From Macrostomum lignano (lineage: Eukaryota): 24,961 nucleotides of DNA. Positions 9,441-21,522 of the stretch are shown here, in pieces (position 1 is the stretch's first letter; every line of letters starts with the position of its first letter). Both the position numbers and the translations under genes were made by a program. The DNA lies in contig NIVC01005142.1 of the NCBI GenBank assembly GCA_002269645.1, positions 1 through 24,961 on the forward strand, read 5' to 3'. The notes beneath the pieces were generated by a model. It ran no database searches, was not told where the DNA came from, and was given only the letters and a program-made list of their open reading frames with translations.

Positions 9441-10556
9441 ATGCTTCAAGAACTTAGCGCTGAAATTCCCCATCGGATTGCTAACTCACTTGCAATTGCC
9501 AAAGTCAGATCCGAGAATGAATTTTCTGGCATCGCATTTGCTCAGCATGCTTTGAGAACTGAGAGAAGGTTTCGAGACAGACTTGACCCTCTCGACTTCA
9601 GTAATCGGGAAATTTTCGAGCGGTACCGGCTGCCACGTCAACCTTTGCTGGAGCTCATTGAGTTGCTGCGGCCGCAACTACAACGTCAGACGCGTCGCAA
9701 CAGAGCTATTTCCGTCGAACTGCAGGTTTGCCTTGCCCTCCGATTTTTTGCAACAGGCAGCTTTCTCAAAGTCATTAGGGACGTTTTCAACTGTAGCTGC
9801 GTCACGGTGTCCGGAGTTGTGACTGAAGTTTGCCTGCTGCTTCGGGACATGGCACCCATTTGCGTTTCGTTTCCAAGCAATCAGCAAGCAGCAGCAGCAT
9901 CAGCACGTGCATTTTTTGAAATTGCCGGAGTGCCTCAGGTGCTCGGAGCCATAGACTGCACGCACATCCGCATCCGGTGCCCTACCGATGACGGTGGAAT
10001 CTTCATTAATCGAAAAGGATTTCACTCGATTAATGTTCAGGCCGTATGTAGTGCCAATCTCGCATTTACAAACGTTGTCGCACGTTCGCCTGGAAGTAGC
10101 CACGACTCCTTCATTTTTCAACAATCTGCACTGAAAGATCTCCTCGCGAATGGGAAGGTCGCTGGCTTCTTGGTTGGAGATGCGGGCTACCCACTCCGAC
10201 CATTTCTGATGACGCCATTTAGGGATCCACAAAAAAATTCCGAGCAAAATTTCAACCGGCGATTAAGCAAAACGCGCGTAACAATCGAGAGGGCTTTTGG
10301 TGTTTTGAAAGCGAGATTTCGATGCCTCGATCACAGCGGAGGAGCTTTACAATTTAATCCCAGTAAAGTGTGCAACATCATTGTTGCATGCTGCGTGCTC
10401 CACAATTTCGCCGTGGCCAGAGCCATTCCACTTCCACCACATGAGCATCAGCTGCTAGCCATGGAAGCTACTGCTGAAAATGAAGCCGCACTGGCTGAAG
10501 ACACCGCTGCTGGTCGAGCAGAAAGGCAGCGGATCATGGAGCTACTCCCACCGTGA
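9441..10556 (+). CDS. HARBI1: Harbinger DDE transposase (HARBI1-like nuclease), intact ORF
   Basis: Motifs GAIDCTHI, NRKGFHSINVQAVC, PGSSHDS, GDAGYP, RVTIERAFGVLKARFRCL and ACCVLHNF. First ATG at 9441 (the ORF track starts at TTG 9429). The symbol denotes the family, not the domesticated orthologue. Confidence 0.95.
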   Translation: MLQELSAEIPHRIANSLAIAKVRSENEFSGIAFAQHALRTERRFRDRLDPLDFSNREIFERYRLPRQPLLELIELLRPQLQRQTRRNRAISVELQVCLALRFFATGSFLKVIRDVFNCSCVTVSGVVTEVCLLLRDMAPICVSFPSNQQAAAASARAFFEIAGVPQVLGAIDCTHIRIRCPTDDGGIFINRKGFHSINVQAVCSANLAFTNVVARSPGSSHDSFIFQQSALKDLLANGKVAGFLVGDAGYPLRPFLMTPFRDPQKNSEQNFNRRLSKTRVTIERAFGVLKARFRCLDHSGGALQFNPSKVCNIIVACCVLHNFAVARAIPLPPHEHQLLAMEATAENEAALAEDTAAGRAERQRIMELLPP

Positions 10557-11106
10557 CTCACTTAAGCAAAATTTGTGTTTATTGCTACTCAAACTTTAAA
10601 TTAACAATTTTCATTATTGTTTGATTTTTTCAGTCTTTAAACTTACTCAAATATACAGTAAAATGCGAATTTCTTGACTGAATGAAGTCGGCGCTGTGCA
10701 TTTTCACAACTAAAGAGTGACTTACGACAGTTCCGACCTGTCTTAGATTTACGGCGGAACTTAAGAAGCCGAAGTGACTTACGAAAGTTTCACCGAACGC
10801 AAATTTACGCTTACGCTTCTTAAATCTAAGAACGGTCTTAAGATACGATTGTTTCACCGAACATTTTACGACACGGCGCGAACGTAAGTTTGAACTTAAG
10901 GATACGCAAGCTTTATAGAACGGGCCCTCATTGTTTGCTTGCCTTCTCTCTCCGCCTCGCTCCGCCACGGTTCTAAACCACGCCTCTGCCAAATCTCAGT
11001 CACGCCACCTCTACTGTCTGTACGAGCTCTCGCTACGAGCACCGCCACCACACGTTCACCACCATCACATCGTCACCATTGCCTCAGGCTCATCGACTCA
11101 TTCTAT

Positions 11107-11385
11107 CGTCTACCATCTTCTTATTGTTGCGTAGCCGCCCAGTGCATTTCCTACGGATTCAGCAAGTATTCTGACCTATCTCTGTTGACCACCCAGACAG
11201 AATTGATAATAGTCAAGCCTAACTATCCTCTCATACGGTTACAATAAATAAAGACTACGGCCATTGCCCGCATCAGTCGTTACTATCATCTACAGTGCCA
11301 CTGTAGTGCTACCGCAACAAAATTTGCCTCTGCCGTGTTTGTCTTCGTTAGTCATTTTCGAGTCTGCCGGATAAATCGTCACAGT
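11107..11385 (+). repeat. Unclassified interspersed repeat, CpG-intact copy
   Basis: Homologous to 1-275. It may extend upstream across the Harbinger insertion. Confidence 0.85.
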
Positions 11386-11746
11386 CGCGGTAGATGCGAG
11401 TCCATGCAAGGAAAAAATGCTACGTGCGTCTAATCAACCAATCAATCAAACTAAGAATGATGCATGCACTGCAGAGACTACTGACGAAAATGAGTTCAGT
11501 AGTTGATTTTCGCACTGGAACGAGTTGCAAAATTTTTCACATTAGCTTCTATGGCCACACGAGTGGCCCATCTTGTGTGTATGTGATGTTTGGTTTAACC
11601 ACGCACTAAATGGTAAATATATTCTCTGGTCTGCAAGTTTAAAGCGAGCAAAGAAGAAAACATAAAGACAAAGTCAAACGATTATCGCTTGAAAAGTTTC
11701 GTTTACAAAGAGAATCAATCAATCAATCAACCAACCCGAGTCGGCA

Positions 11747-12097
11747 ATGCTCTCTACTAACGAATCCATGGTTATCGATTGGTTCGCCAACTCCAGTCCC
11801 GCGCCACGCGAGGAGCTCGTCCACTTAGCCAGGCTGGCCGAGCAGGCCGAACGGTACGAAGACATGGCATCGGCGATGAAGTCGGTAGCCGAGAAGGGGC
11901 GCGAACTGGGCGTGGAGGAGCGGAATCTACTGTCAGTAGCTTATAAGAATTTTATTAGCCCTCGTAGAATTTCCTGGCGGTTGATCGCCGGAATTGAAGT
12001 GAAAATGAACGACACAAACGACAGGAAGCGCGCCAACATCAAGGAGTTTCGGCAGCAGATTGAGAGCGAACTGCAGAAGATCTGCACCGAAGTTCAG
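11747..12097 (+). CDS. 14-3-3: 14-3-3 family protein, exon 1 (gene 11747-20723, 4 exons, 260 aa; alternative ATG at 11768)
   Basis: [20 protein letters not shown]...[12 protein letters not shown]...RRISWR...[13 protein letters not shown]; donor CAG|GTTGGT, phase 0. Confidence 0.93.
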
Positions 12098-12208
12098 GTT
12101 GGTTCATTTCATGCATTTTGGCGAAGAACCTTGGAAATAATCTTAGCAGTTAAACTGGGGTAGGGTAGGGCTAGGGTAGCTTAATGTGCATTAAGGTCTT
12201 ATAATGGG

Positions 12209-12624
12209 TGTCGGGTTGTCTGGATGGTTGTTTGCCGTTGTCTGGATGTTTGTCGGGTTGTCTGGATGTTTGTCGGGTTGTCTGGATGTTTGTCGGGTTG
12301 TCTGGATGGTTGTCTGGATGGTTGTCGGGTTGTCTGGATGTTTGTCGGGTTGTCTGGATGGTTGTCTGGATGGTTGTCGGGTTGTCTGGATGTTTGTCGG
12401 GTTGTCTGGATGGTTGTCGAATTGTCTGGATGGTTGTCGAATTGTCTGGATGTTTGTCGGGTTGTCTGGATGTTTGTCGGGTTGTCTGGATGGTTGTCGG
12501 ATTGTCTGGATGGTTGTTTGCCGTTGTCTGGATGGTTGTCGAATTGTCTGGATGGTTGTCGAATTGTCTGGATGTTTGTCGAATTGTCTGGATGTTTGTC
12601 GAATTGTCTGGATGGTTGTCGGGT
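12209..12624. repeat. Intronic minisatellite, 20-bp unit GTCGGGTTGTCTGGATG(G/T)TT with 12-bp sub-units
   Basis: Tandem copies visible within 14-3-3 intron 1. Confidence 0.92.
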
Positions 12625-12844
12625 ACGCCTGGGTGGGTGTTAACATGTTTAGATTGGTTTCAAGGTGGCAGATTGGTTGAGTGTCGTATCGGTATTTTTC
12701 GTGAAACCCAAACCCATGAAAGCCAACCCCAAGGCACAGAGAATGTACATACCTGACGATTAGAAAGTCAAGGACGCTGTACACCCCGTGTGAGCGTGTG
12801 TGCGAGTGCGTGAATTTGAGTTTTCAAAATCTCAACGTTTCCAG

Positions 12845-13132
12845 AATCTTCTGGACGACCATCTGCTGAAAAATGCTCGCAGTGACGAGTCGATAATTTT
12901 CTACTACAAGATGAAGGGCGACTATTACCGCTACCTGGCCGAGACTTCAATTGGCAACGATCGCGGAGTGATCATCGAGAACGCCGACCGGACCTACAGC
13001 TTCGCCAGCAAGTCAGCGGAAGAGAAGCTGGCCTGCACTCACCCGATCCGGCTGGGCCTGGCGCTCAACTACAGCGTCTTCCTCCAGGAGATCAAGAATG
13101 AGTCCTCCGCTGCCATCTCGCTGGCTAAGGCG
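12845..13132 (+). CDS. 14-3-3: 14-3-3 exon 2
   Basis: Acceptor TTTCCAG|; NLLDDHLL...FYYKMKGDYYRYLAE...HPIRLGLALNYSVF..EI...AISLAKA; donor GCG|GTGAGC. Confidence 0.93.
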
Positions 13133-13258
13133 GTGAGCTCGACTGCTGTACATGTACAGTCTACTCAATGAGCGCGAATGCAAACACGCTTTCTGACAAA
13201 TACATGTATGACTAAAAGAGAGTGCAGGCCCGAGTCATCTGACACATTGAATAAAGTA

Positions 13259-16200
13259 CAGCTATCTGACACACTGACTCAACAGACATGAGCTATCTGA
13301 CACACTGACTCAACAGACATGAGCTATCTGACACACTGACTCAACAGACATGAGCTATCTGACACACTGACTCAACAGACATGAGCTATCTGACACACTG
13401 ACTCAACAGACATGAGCTATCTGACACACTGACTCAACAGACATGAGCTATCTGACACACTGACTCAACAGACATGAGCTATCTGACACACTGACTCAAC
13501 AGACATGAGCTATCTGACACACTGACTCAACAGACATCAGCTATCTGACACAGTGACTCAACAGACATCAGCTTGTGACACACTGACTCAACAGACATGA
13601 GCTATCTGACACAGTGACTCAACAGACATCAGCTATCTGACACACTGACTCAACAGACATGAGCTTGTGACACACTGACTCAACAGACATGAGCTATCTG
13701 ACACACTGACTCAACAGACATGAGCTATCTGACACACTGACTCAACAGACATCAGCTATCTGACACACTGACTCAACAGACATGAGCTATCTGACACACT
13801 GACTCAACAGACATGAGCTATCTGACACACTGACTCAACAGACATGAGCTATCTGACACACTGACTCAACAGACATGAGCTATCTGACACACTGACTCAA
13901 CAGACATGAGCTTTGTGACACACTGAATCAACAGACATGAGCTATCTGACACACTGACTCAACAGACATGAGCATTGTGACACACTGACTCAACAGACAT
14001 GAGCTTTGTGACACACTGACTCAACAGACATGAGCTATCTGACACACTGACTCAACAGACATGAGCATTGTGACACACTGACTCAACAGACATGAGCTTG
14101 TGACACACTGACTCAACAGACATGAGCTATCTGACACACTGACTCAACAGACATGAGCTATCTGACACACTGACTCAACAGACATGAGCTATCTGACACA
14201 CTGACTCAACAGACATGAGCTATCTGACACACTGACTCAACAGACATCAGCTATCTGACACACTGACTCAACAGACATGAGCTATCTGACACAGTGACTC
14301 AACAGACATGAGCTATCTGACACACTGACTCAACAGACATGAGCTTTGACACACTGACTCAACAGACATCAGCTATCTGACACAGTGACTCAACAGACAT
14401 CAGCTTTGTGACACAGTGACTCAACAGACATGAGCTATCTGACACAGTGACTCAACAGACATCAGCTATCTGACACACTGACTCAACAGACATGAGCTAT
14501 CTGACACACTGACTCAACAGACATGAGCTATCTGACACACTGACTCAACAGACATGAGCTATCTGACACACTGACTCAACAGACATGAGCTATCTGACAC
14601 ACTGACTCAACAGACATGAGCTATCTGACACAGTGACTCAACAGACATGAGCTATCTGACACACTGACTCAACAGACATCAGCTATCTGACACACTGACT
14701 CAACAGACATGAGCTATCTGACACAGTGACTCAACAGACATCAGCTATCTGACACACTGACTCAACAGACATGAGCTATCTGACACAGTGACTCAACAGA
14801 CATGAGCTATCTGACACACTGACTCAACAGACATGAGCTATCTGACACACTGACTCAACAGACATGAGCTATCTGACACACTGACTCAACAGACATGAGC
14901 TATGTGACACACTGACTCAACAGACATGAGCTATCTGACACACTGACTCAACAGACATGAGCTATCTGACACACTGACTCAACAGACATGAGCTATCTGA
15001 CACACTGACTCAACAGACATGAGCTATCTGACACACTGACTCAACAGACATGAGCTATGTGACACACTGACTCAACAGACATGAGCTATCTGACACACTG
15101 ACTCAACAGACATGAGCTATCTGACACACTGACTCAACAGACATCAGCTATCTGACACACTGACTCAACAGACATGAGCTATCTGACACACTGACTCAAC
15201 AGACATCAGCTATCTGACACACTGACTCAACAGACATGAGCTATCTGACACACTGACTCAACAGACATCAGCTATCTGACACACTGACTCAACAGACATG
15301 AGCTATCTGACACACTGACTCAACAGACATGAGCTTTGACACACTGACTCAACAGACATGAGCTATCTGACACAGTGACTCAACAGACATGAGCTATCTG
15401 ACACACTGACTCAACAGACATGAGCTATCTGACACACTGACTCAACAGACATGAGCTATCTGACACACTGACTCAACAGACATGAGCTATCTGACACACT
15501 GACTCAACAGACATGAGCTATCTGACACAGTGACTCAACAGACATCAGCTATCTGACACACTGACTCAACAGACATGAGCTATCTGACACAGTGACTCAA
15601 CAGACATGAGCTATCTGACACACTGACTCAACAGACATGAGCTATCTGACACAGTGACTCAACAGACATGAGCTATCTGACACACTGACTCAACAGACAT
15701 GAGCTATCTGACACACTGACTCAACAGACATGAGCTATCTGACACACTGACTCAACAGACATGAGCTATCTGACACACTGACTCAACAGACATGAGCTAT
15801 CTGACACACTGACTCAACAGACATGAGCTATCTGACACACTGACTCAACAGACATGAGCTATCTGACACACTGACTCAACAGACATGAGCTATCTGACAC
15901 ACTGACTCAACAGACATGAGCTATCTGACACACTGACTCAACAGACATGAGCTATCTGACACACTGACTCAACAGACATGAGCTATCTGACACACTGACT
16001 CAACAGACATGAGCTATCTGACACACTGACTCAACAGACATGAGCTATCTGACACACTGACTCAACAGACATGAGCTATCTGACACACTGACTCAACAGA
16101 CATGAGCTATCTGACACACTGACTCAACAGACATGAGCTATCTGACACACTGACTCAACAGACATGAGCTATCTGACACACTGACTCAACAGACATGAGC

Positions 16201-19200
16201 TATCTGACACACTGACTCAACAGACATGAGCTATCTGACACACTGACTCAACAGACATGAGCTATCTGACACACTGACTCAACAGACATGAGCTATCTGA
16301 CACACTGACTCAACAGACATGAGCTATCTGACACACTGACTCAACAGACATGAGCTATCTGACACACTGACTCAACAGACATGAGCTATCTGACACACTG
16401 ACTCAACAGACATGAGCTATCTGACACACTGACTCAACAGACATGAGCTATCTGACACACTGACTCAACAGACATGAGCTATCTGACACACTGACTCAAC
16501 AGACATGAGCTTTGTGACACACTGACTCAACAGACATGAGCTATCTGACACACTGACTGACTCAACAGACATGAGCTATCTGACACACTGACTCAACAGA
16601 CATGAGCTATCTGACACACTGACTCAACAGACATGAGCTATCTGACACACTGACTCAACAGACATCAGCTATCTGACACAGTGACTCAACAGACATGAGC
16701 TATCTGACACAGTGACTCAACAGACATGAGCTATCTGACACACTGACTCAACAGACATGAGCTATCTGACACACTGACTCAACAGACATCAGCTATCTGA
16801 CACAGTGACTCAACAGACATCAGCTTCTGACACAGTGACTCAACAGACATGAGCTATCTGACACAGTGACTCAACAGACATCAGCTATCTGACACACTGA
16901 CTCAACAGACATGAGCTATCTGACACACTGACTCAACAGACATGAGCTATCTGACACACTGACTCAACAGACATGAGCTATCTGACACAGTGACTCAACA
17001 GACATGAGCTATCTGACACACTGACTCAACAGACATGAGCTATCTGACACACTGACTCAACAGACATGAGCTATCTGACACACTGACTCAACAGACATGA
17101 GCTATCTGACACAGTGACTCAACAGACATGAGCTATCTGACACACTGACTCAACAGACATGAGCTATCTGACACACTGACTCAACAGACATGAGCTATCT
17201 GACACACTGACTCAACAGACATGAGCTATCTGACACACTGACTCAACAGACATGAGCTATGTGACACACTGACTCAACAGACATGAGCTATCTGACACAC
17301 TGACTCAACAGACATGAGCTATCTGACACACTGACTCAACAGACATGAGCTATCTGACACACTGACTCAACAGACATGAGCTATCTGACACACTGACTCA
17401 ACAGACATGAGCTATCTGACACACTGACTCAACAGACATGAGCTATCTGACACACTGACTCAACAGACATGAGCTATCTGACACACTGACTCAACAGACA
17501 TCAGCTATCTGACACACTGACTCAACAGACATGAGCTATCTGACACAGTGACTCAACAGACATGAGCTATCTGACACACTGACTCAACAGACATGAGCTA
17601 TCTGACACAGTGACTCAACAGACATGAGCTATCTGACACACTGACTCAACAGACATGAGCTATCTGACACACTGACTCAACAGACATGAGCTATCTGACA
17701 CACTGACTCAACAGACATGAGCTATCTGACACACTGACTCAACAGACATGAGCTATCTGACACAGTGACTCAACAGACATGAGCTATCTGACACAGTGAC
17801 TCAACAGACATGAGCTATCTGACACACTGACTCAACAGACATGAGCTATCTGACACACTGACTCAACAGACATCAGCTATCTGACACACTGACTCAACAG
17901 ACATGAGCTATCTGACACAGTGACTCAACAGACATGAGCTATCTGACACAGTGACTCAACAGACATGAGCTATCTGACACACTGACTCAACAGACATGAG
18001 CTATCTGACACACTGACTCAACAGACATGAGCTATCTGACACACTGACTCAACAGACATGAGCTATCTGACACACTGACTCAACAGACATGAGCTATCTG
18101 ACACACTGACTCAACAGACATGAGCTATTGTGACACACTGACTCAACAGACATGAGCTATCTGACACACTGACTCAACAGACATGAGCTATCTGACACAC
18201 TGACTCAACAGACATGAGCTATCTGACACACTGACTCAACAGACATGAGCTATCTGACACACTGACTCAACAGACATGAGCTATTGACACACTGACTCAA
18301 CAGACATGAGCTATCTGACACACTGACTCAACAGACATGAGCTATCTGACACACTGACTCAACAGACATGAGCTATCTGACACACTGACTCAACAGACAT
18401 GAGCTATCTGACACACTGACTCAACAGACATCAGCTATCTGACACACTGACTCAACAGACATGAGCTATCTGACACACTGACTCAACAGACATGAGCTAT
18501 CTGACACACTGACTCAACAGACATGAGCTATCTGACACACTGACTCAACAGACATCAGCTATCTGACACACTGACTCAACAGACATGAGCTATCTGACAC
18601 AGTGACTCAACAGACATGAGCTATCTGACACAGTGACTCAACAGACATGAGCTATCTGACACACTGACTCAACAGACATGAGCTATCTGACACACTGACT
18701 CAACAGACATGAGCTATCTGACACACTGACTCAACAGACATGAGCTATCTGACACACTGACTCAACAGACATCAGCTATCTGACACAGTGACTCAACAGA
18801 CATGAGCTATCTGACACAGTGACTCAACAGACATGAGCTATCTGACACACTGACTCAACAGACATGAGCTATCTGACACACTGACTCAACAGACATCAGC
18901 TATCTGACACAGTGACTCAACAGACATCAGCTTTGACACAGTGACTCAACAGACATGAGCTATCTGACAAAGTGACTCAACAGACATGAGCTATCTGACA
19001 CACTGACTCAACAGACATGAGCTATCTGACACAGTGACTCAACAGACATGAGCTATCTGACACACTGACTCAACAGACATGAGCTATCTGACACAGTGAC
19101 TCAACAGACATGAGCATCTGACACACTGACTCAACAGACATGAGCTATCTGACACACTGACTCAACAGACATGAGCTATCTGACACAGTGACTCAACAGA

Positions 19201-20445
19201 CATGAGCTATCTGACACACTGACTCAACAGACATGAGCTATCTGACACACTGACTCAACAGACATGAGCTATCTGACACACTGACTCAACAGACATGAGC
19301 TATCTGACACAGTGACTCAACAGACATGAGCTATCTGACACACTGACTCAACAGACATGAGCTATCTGACACACTGACTCAACAGACATGAGCTATCTGA
19401 CACACTGACTCAACAGACATGAGCTATCTGACACACTGACTCAACAGACATGAGCTATCTGACACAGTGACTCAACAGACATGAGCTATCTGACACACTG
19501 ACTCAACAGACATGAGCTATCTGACACACTGACTCAACAGACATCAGCTATCTGACACAGTGACTCAACAGACATCAGCTTTGTGACACAGTGACTCAAC
19601 AGACATGAGCTATCTGACAAAGTGACTCAGCAGACATCAGCTATCTGACACACTGACTCAACAGACATGAGCTATCTGACACAGTGACTCAACAGACATG
19701 AGCTATCTGACACACTGACTCAACAGACATGAGCTATCTGACACAGTGACTCAACAGACATGAGCATTGTGACACACTGACTCAACAGACATGAGCTATC
19801 TGACACACTGACTCAACAGACATGAGCTATCTGACACAGTGACTCAACAGACATGAGCTATGTGACACACTGACTCAACAGACATGAGCTATGTGACACA
19901 CTGACTCAACAGACATGAGCTATCTGACACACTGACTCAACAGACATGAGCTATCTGACACACTGACTCAACAGACATGAGCTATCTGACACACTGACTC
20001 AACAGACATGAGCTATCTGACACACTGACTCAACAGACATGAGCTATCTGACACACTGACTCAACAGACATGAGCTATCTGACACACTGACTCAACAGAC
20101 ATGAGCTATCTGACACACTGACTCAACAGACATGAGCTATCTGACACACTGACTCAACAGACATGAGCTATCTGACACACTGACTCAACAGACATGAGCT
20201 ATCTGACACACTGACTCAACAGACATGAGCTATCTGACACACTGACTCAACAGACATGAGCTATCTGACACACTGACTCAACAGACATGAGCTATGACAC
20301 ACTGACTCAACAGACATGAGCTATGACACACTGACTCAACAGACATCAGCTATCTGACACACTGACTCAACAGACAGCTGTGACACACTGACTCAACAGA
20401 CATGAGCTATCTGACACAGTGACTCAACAGACAGCTGTGACACAG
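13259..20445. repeat. Intronic satellite array, 31-bp unit GAGCTATCTGACACACTGACTCAACAGACAT, about 230 copies
   Basis: Period of 31 (GCTATCTG at 13261, 13292 and onward); ~7.19 kb filling 14-3-3 intron 2 (13133-20491). Confidence 0.97.
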
Positions 20446-20491
20446 CGGGCACTCACAAGTCTATAAATACCTGGCCCACCGATCTCCCAAG

Positions 20492-20590
20492 GCTTATTCT
20501 GCAGCGATCCAGGAGCTGGACAAGCTGCCTTCGGACGAGTCGTACAAAGACGCCAGCCTCCTCATGCAGCTGCTCAGGGATAACATCACG
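20492..20590 (+). CDS. 14-3-3: 14-3-3 exon 3
   Basis: Acceptor CTCCCAAG|; AYSAAIQELDKLPSDESYKDASLLMQLLRDNIT; donor ACG|GTTAGT. Confidence 0.92.
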
Positions 20591-20678
20591 GTTAGTGACT
20601 GGGGAATTTCCCAATGTAATTCCCAACTCGATAAAAAATATCCACAAACACCGAAGAGATTCTTCAATTCAATTGCAG

Positions 20679-20723
20679 CTCTGGTCGGCGGAGCACTGCG
20701 GAGATTCTGACAAATCAAACTGA
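20679..20723 (+). CDS. 14-3-3: 14-3-3 exon 4 (terminal)
   Basis: Acceptor AATTGCAG|; LWSAEHCGDSDKSN* supplies the conserved LW after DN(L/I)T. Confidence 0.85.
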   Translation, partial: LWSAEHCGDSDKSN

Positions 20724-20911
20724 GAACTGCTCGAATTCGAGCCAGAATGCGCAGATCCATGTTTTCCGCTTGGATTGACATGCAAACATTTCTGTTCGCG
20801 CAGGCCCTCTGATTTAAGTTAAGTAGTAAGCGTCTTGTATGTGTAACTAAGGATGCATTCAACCATAAATATATGCAGTGCGTAAGGAATTCTCTGTAAT
20901 ACAATCCCTCA

Positions 20912-20917
20912 AATAAA
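20912..20917 (+). terminator. Candidate polyadenylation signal of the 14-3-3 gene
   Basis: AATAAA about 190 nt after the stop codon; position is the only support. Confidence 0.45.
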
Positions 20918-20924
20918 CTGTTTT

Positions 20925-21522
20925 CTGACCAATCAGATTCTCTAGGTAGCTACTTCCATCCTGATTAATTAGATTCTCTAGGTAGCTACTTCCATCCTGA
21001 CCAATCAGATTATCTTGGTATTTCCATCCTGACCAATCGGATTCTTAGGGTATTTCCATCCTGACCAATCGGATTCTTAGGGTATTTCCATCCTGACCAA
21101 TCAGATTATCTGGGTATTTCCATCCTGACCAATCAGATTATCTGGGTATTTCCATCCTGACCAATCAGATTATGTGTATTTCTGACCAATCAGATTTTCT
21201 GGGCATTTCCATCCTGACCAATCAGATTATCTGTGTATTTCTGACCAATCAGATTTTCTGGGCATTTCCATCCTGACCAATCAGATTATCTGTGTATTTC
21301 CATCCTGACCAATCGGATTATCTGTGTATTTCTGACTAATCAGATTCTCTGGGCATTTCCATCCTGACCAATCAGATTCTCTGGGCATTTCTGACCAATC
21401 AGATTCTCTGGGCATTTCCATCCTAACCAATCAGATTCTCTGGGCATTTCCATCCTGACCAATCAGATTCTCTGGGCACATTTCTGACCAATCAGATTCC
21501 CTGGCAATTTCTGACCAATCAG
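20925..21522. repeat. Minisatellite of ~32-bp (and ~27-bp) units, CCAATCAGATTATCTGGGTATTTCCATCCTGA-like, about 20 copies
   Basis: GACCAATC(A/G)GATT recurs every 26-33 bp. Confidence 0.92.

Larger units (their letters stand above)
7962..10927. mobile_element. Full-length PIF/Harbinger DNA transposon
   Basis: Perfect 16-bp TIR GGGCCCGTTCTATAAA (7962-7977 and 10912-10927), extending imperfectly to ~25 bp. 3-bp TSD TCA at 7959-7961 and 10928-10930. Contains the two canonical Harbinger genes. Confidence 0.95.

Noticed and set aside
7551-11433. Possible TIR pair TTAGATGCGCGT (7551) and ACGTGCGTCTAA (~11422) bounding a host element around the Harbinger
   Set aside because: Only about 10 of 12 bases match and there is no target-site duplication.
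12191-12784. Four long ORFs (139-197 aa) on both strands
   Set aside because: Produced by the stop-poor 20-bp minisatellite inside 14-3-3 intron 1.
13259-20445. CRISPR-like or information-storing array
   Set aside because: Units are contiguous with no unique spacers, no cas genes are present, and the context is a spliceosomal intron.
20494-20904. 136-aa minus-strand ORF
   Set aside because: Antisense to 14-3-3 exons 3-4 with no recognisable domain.
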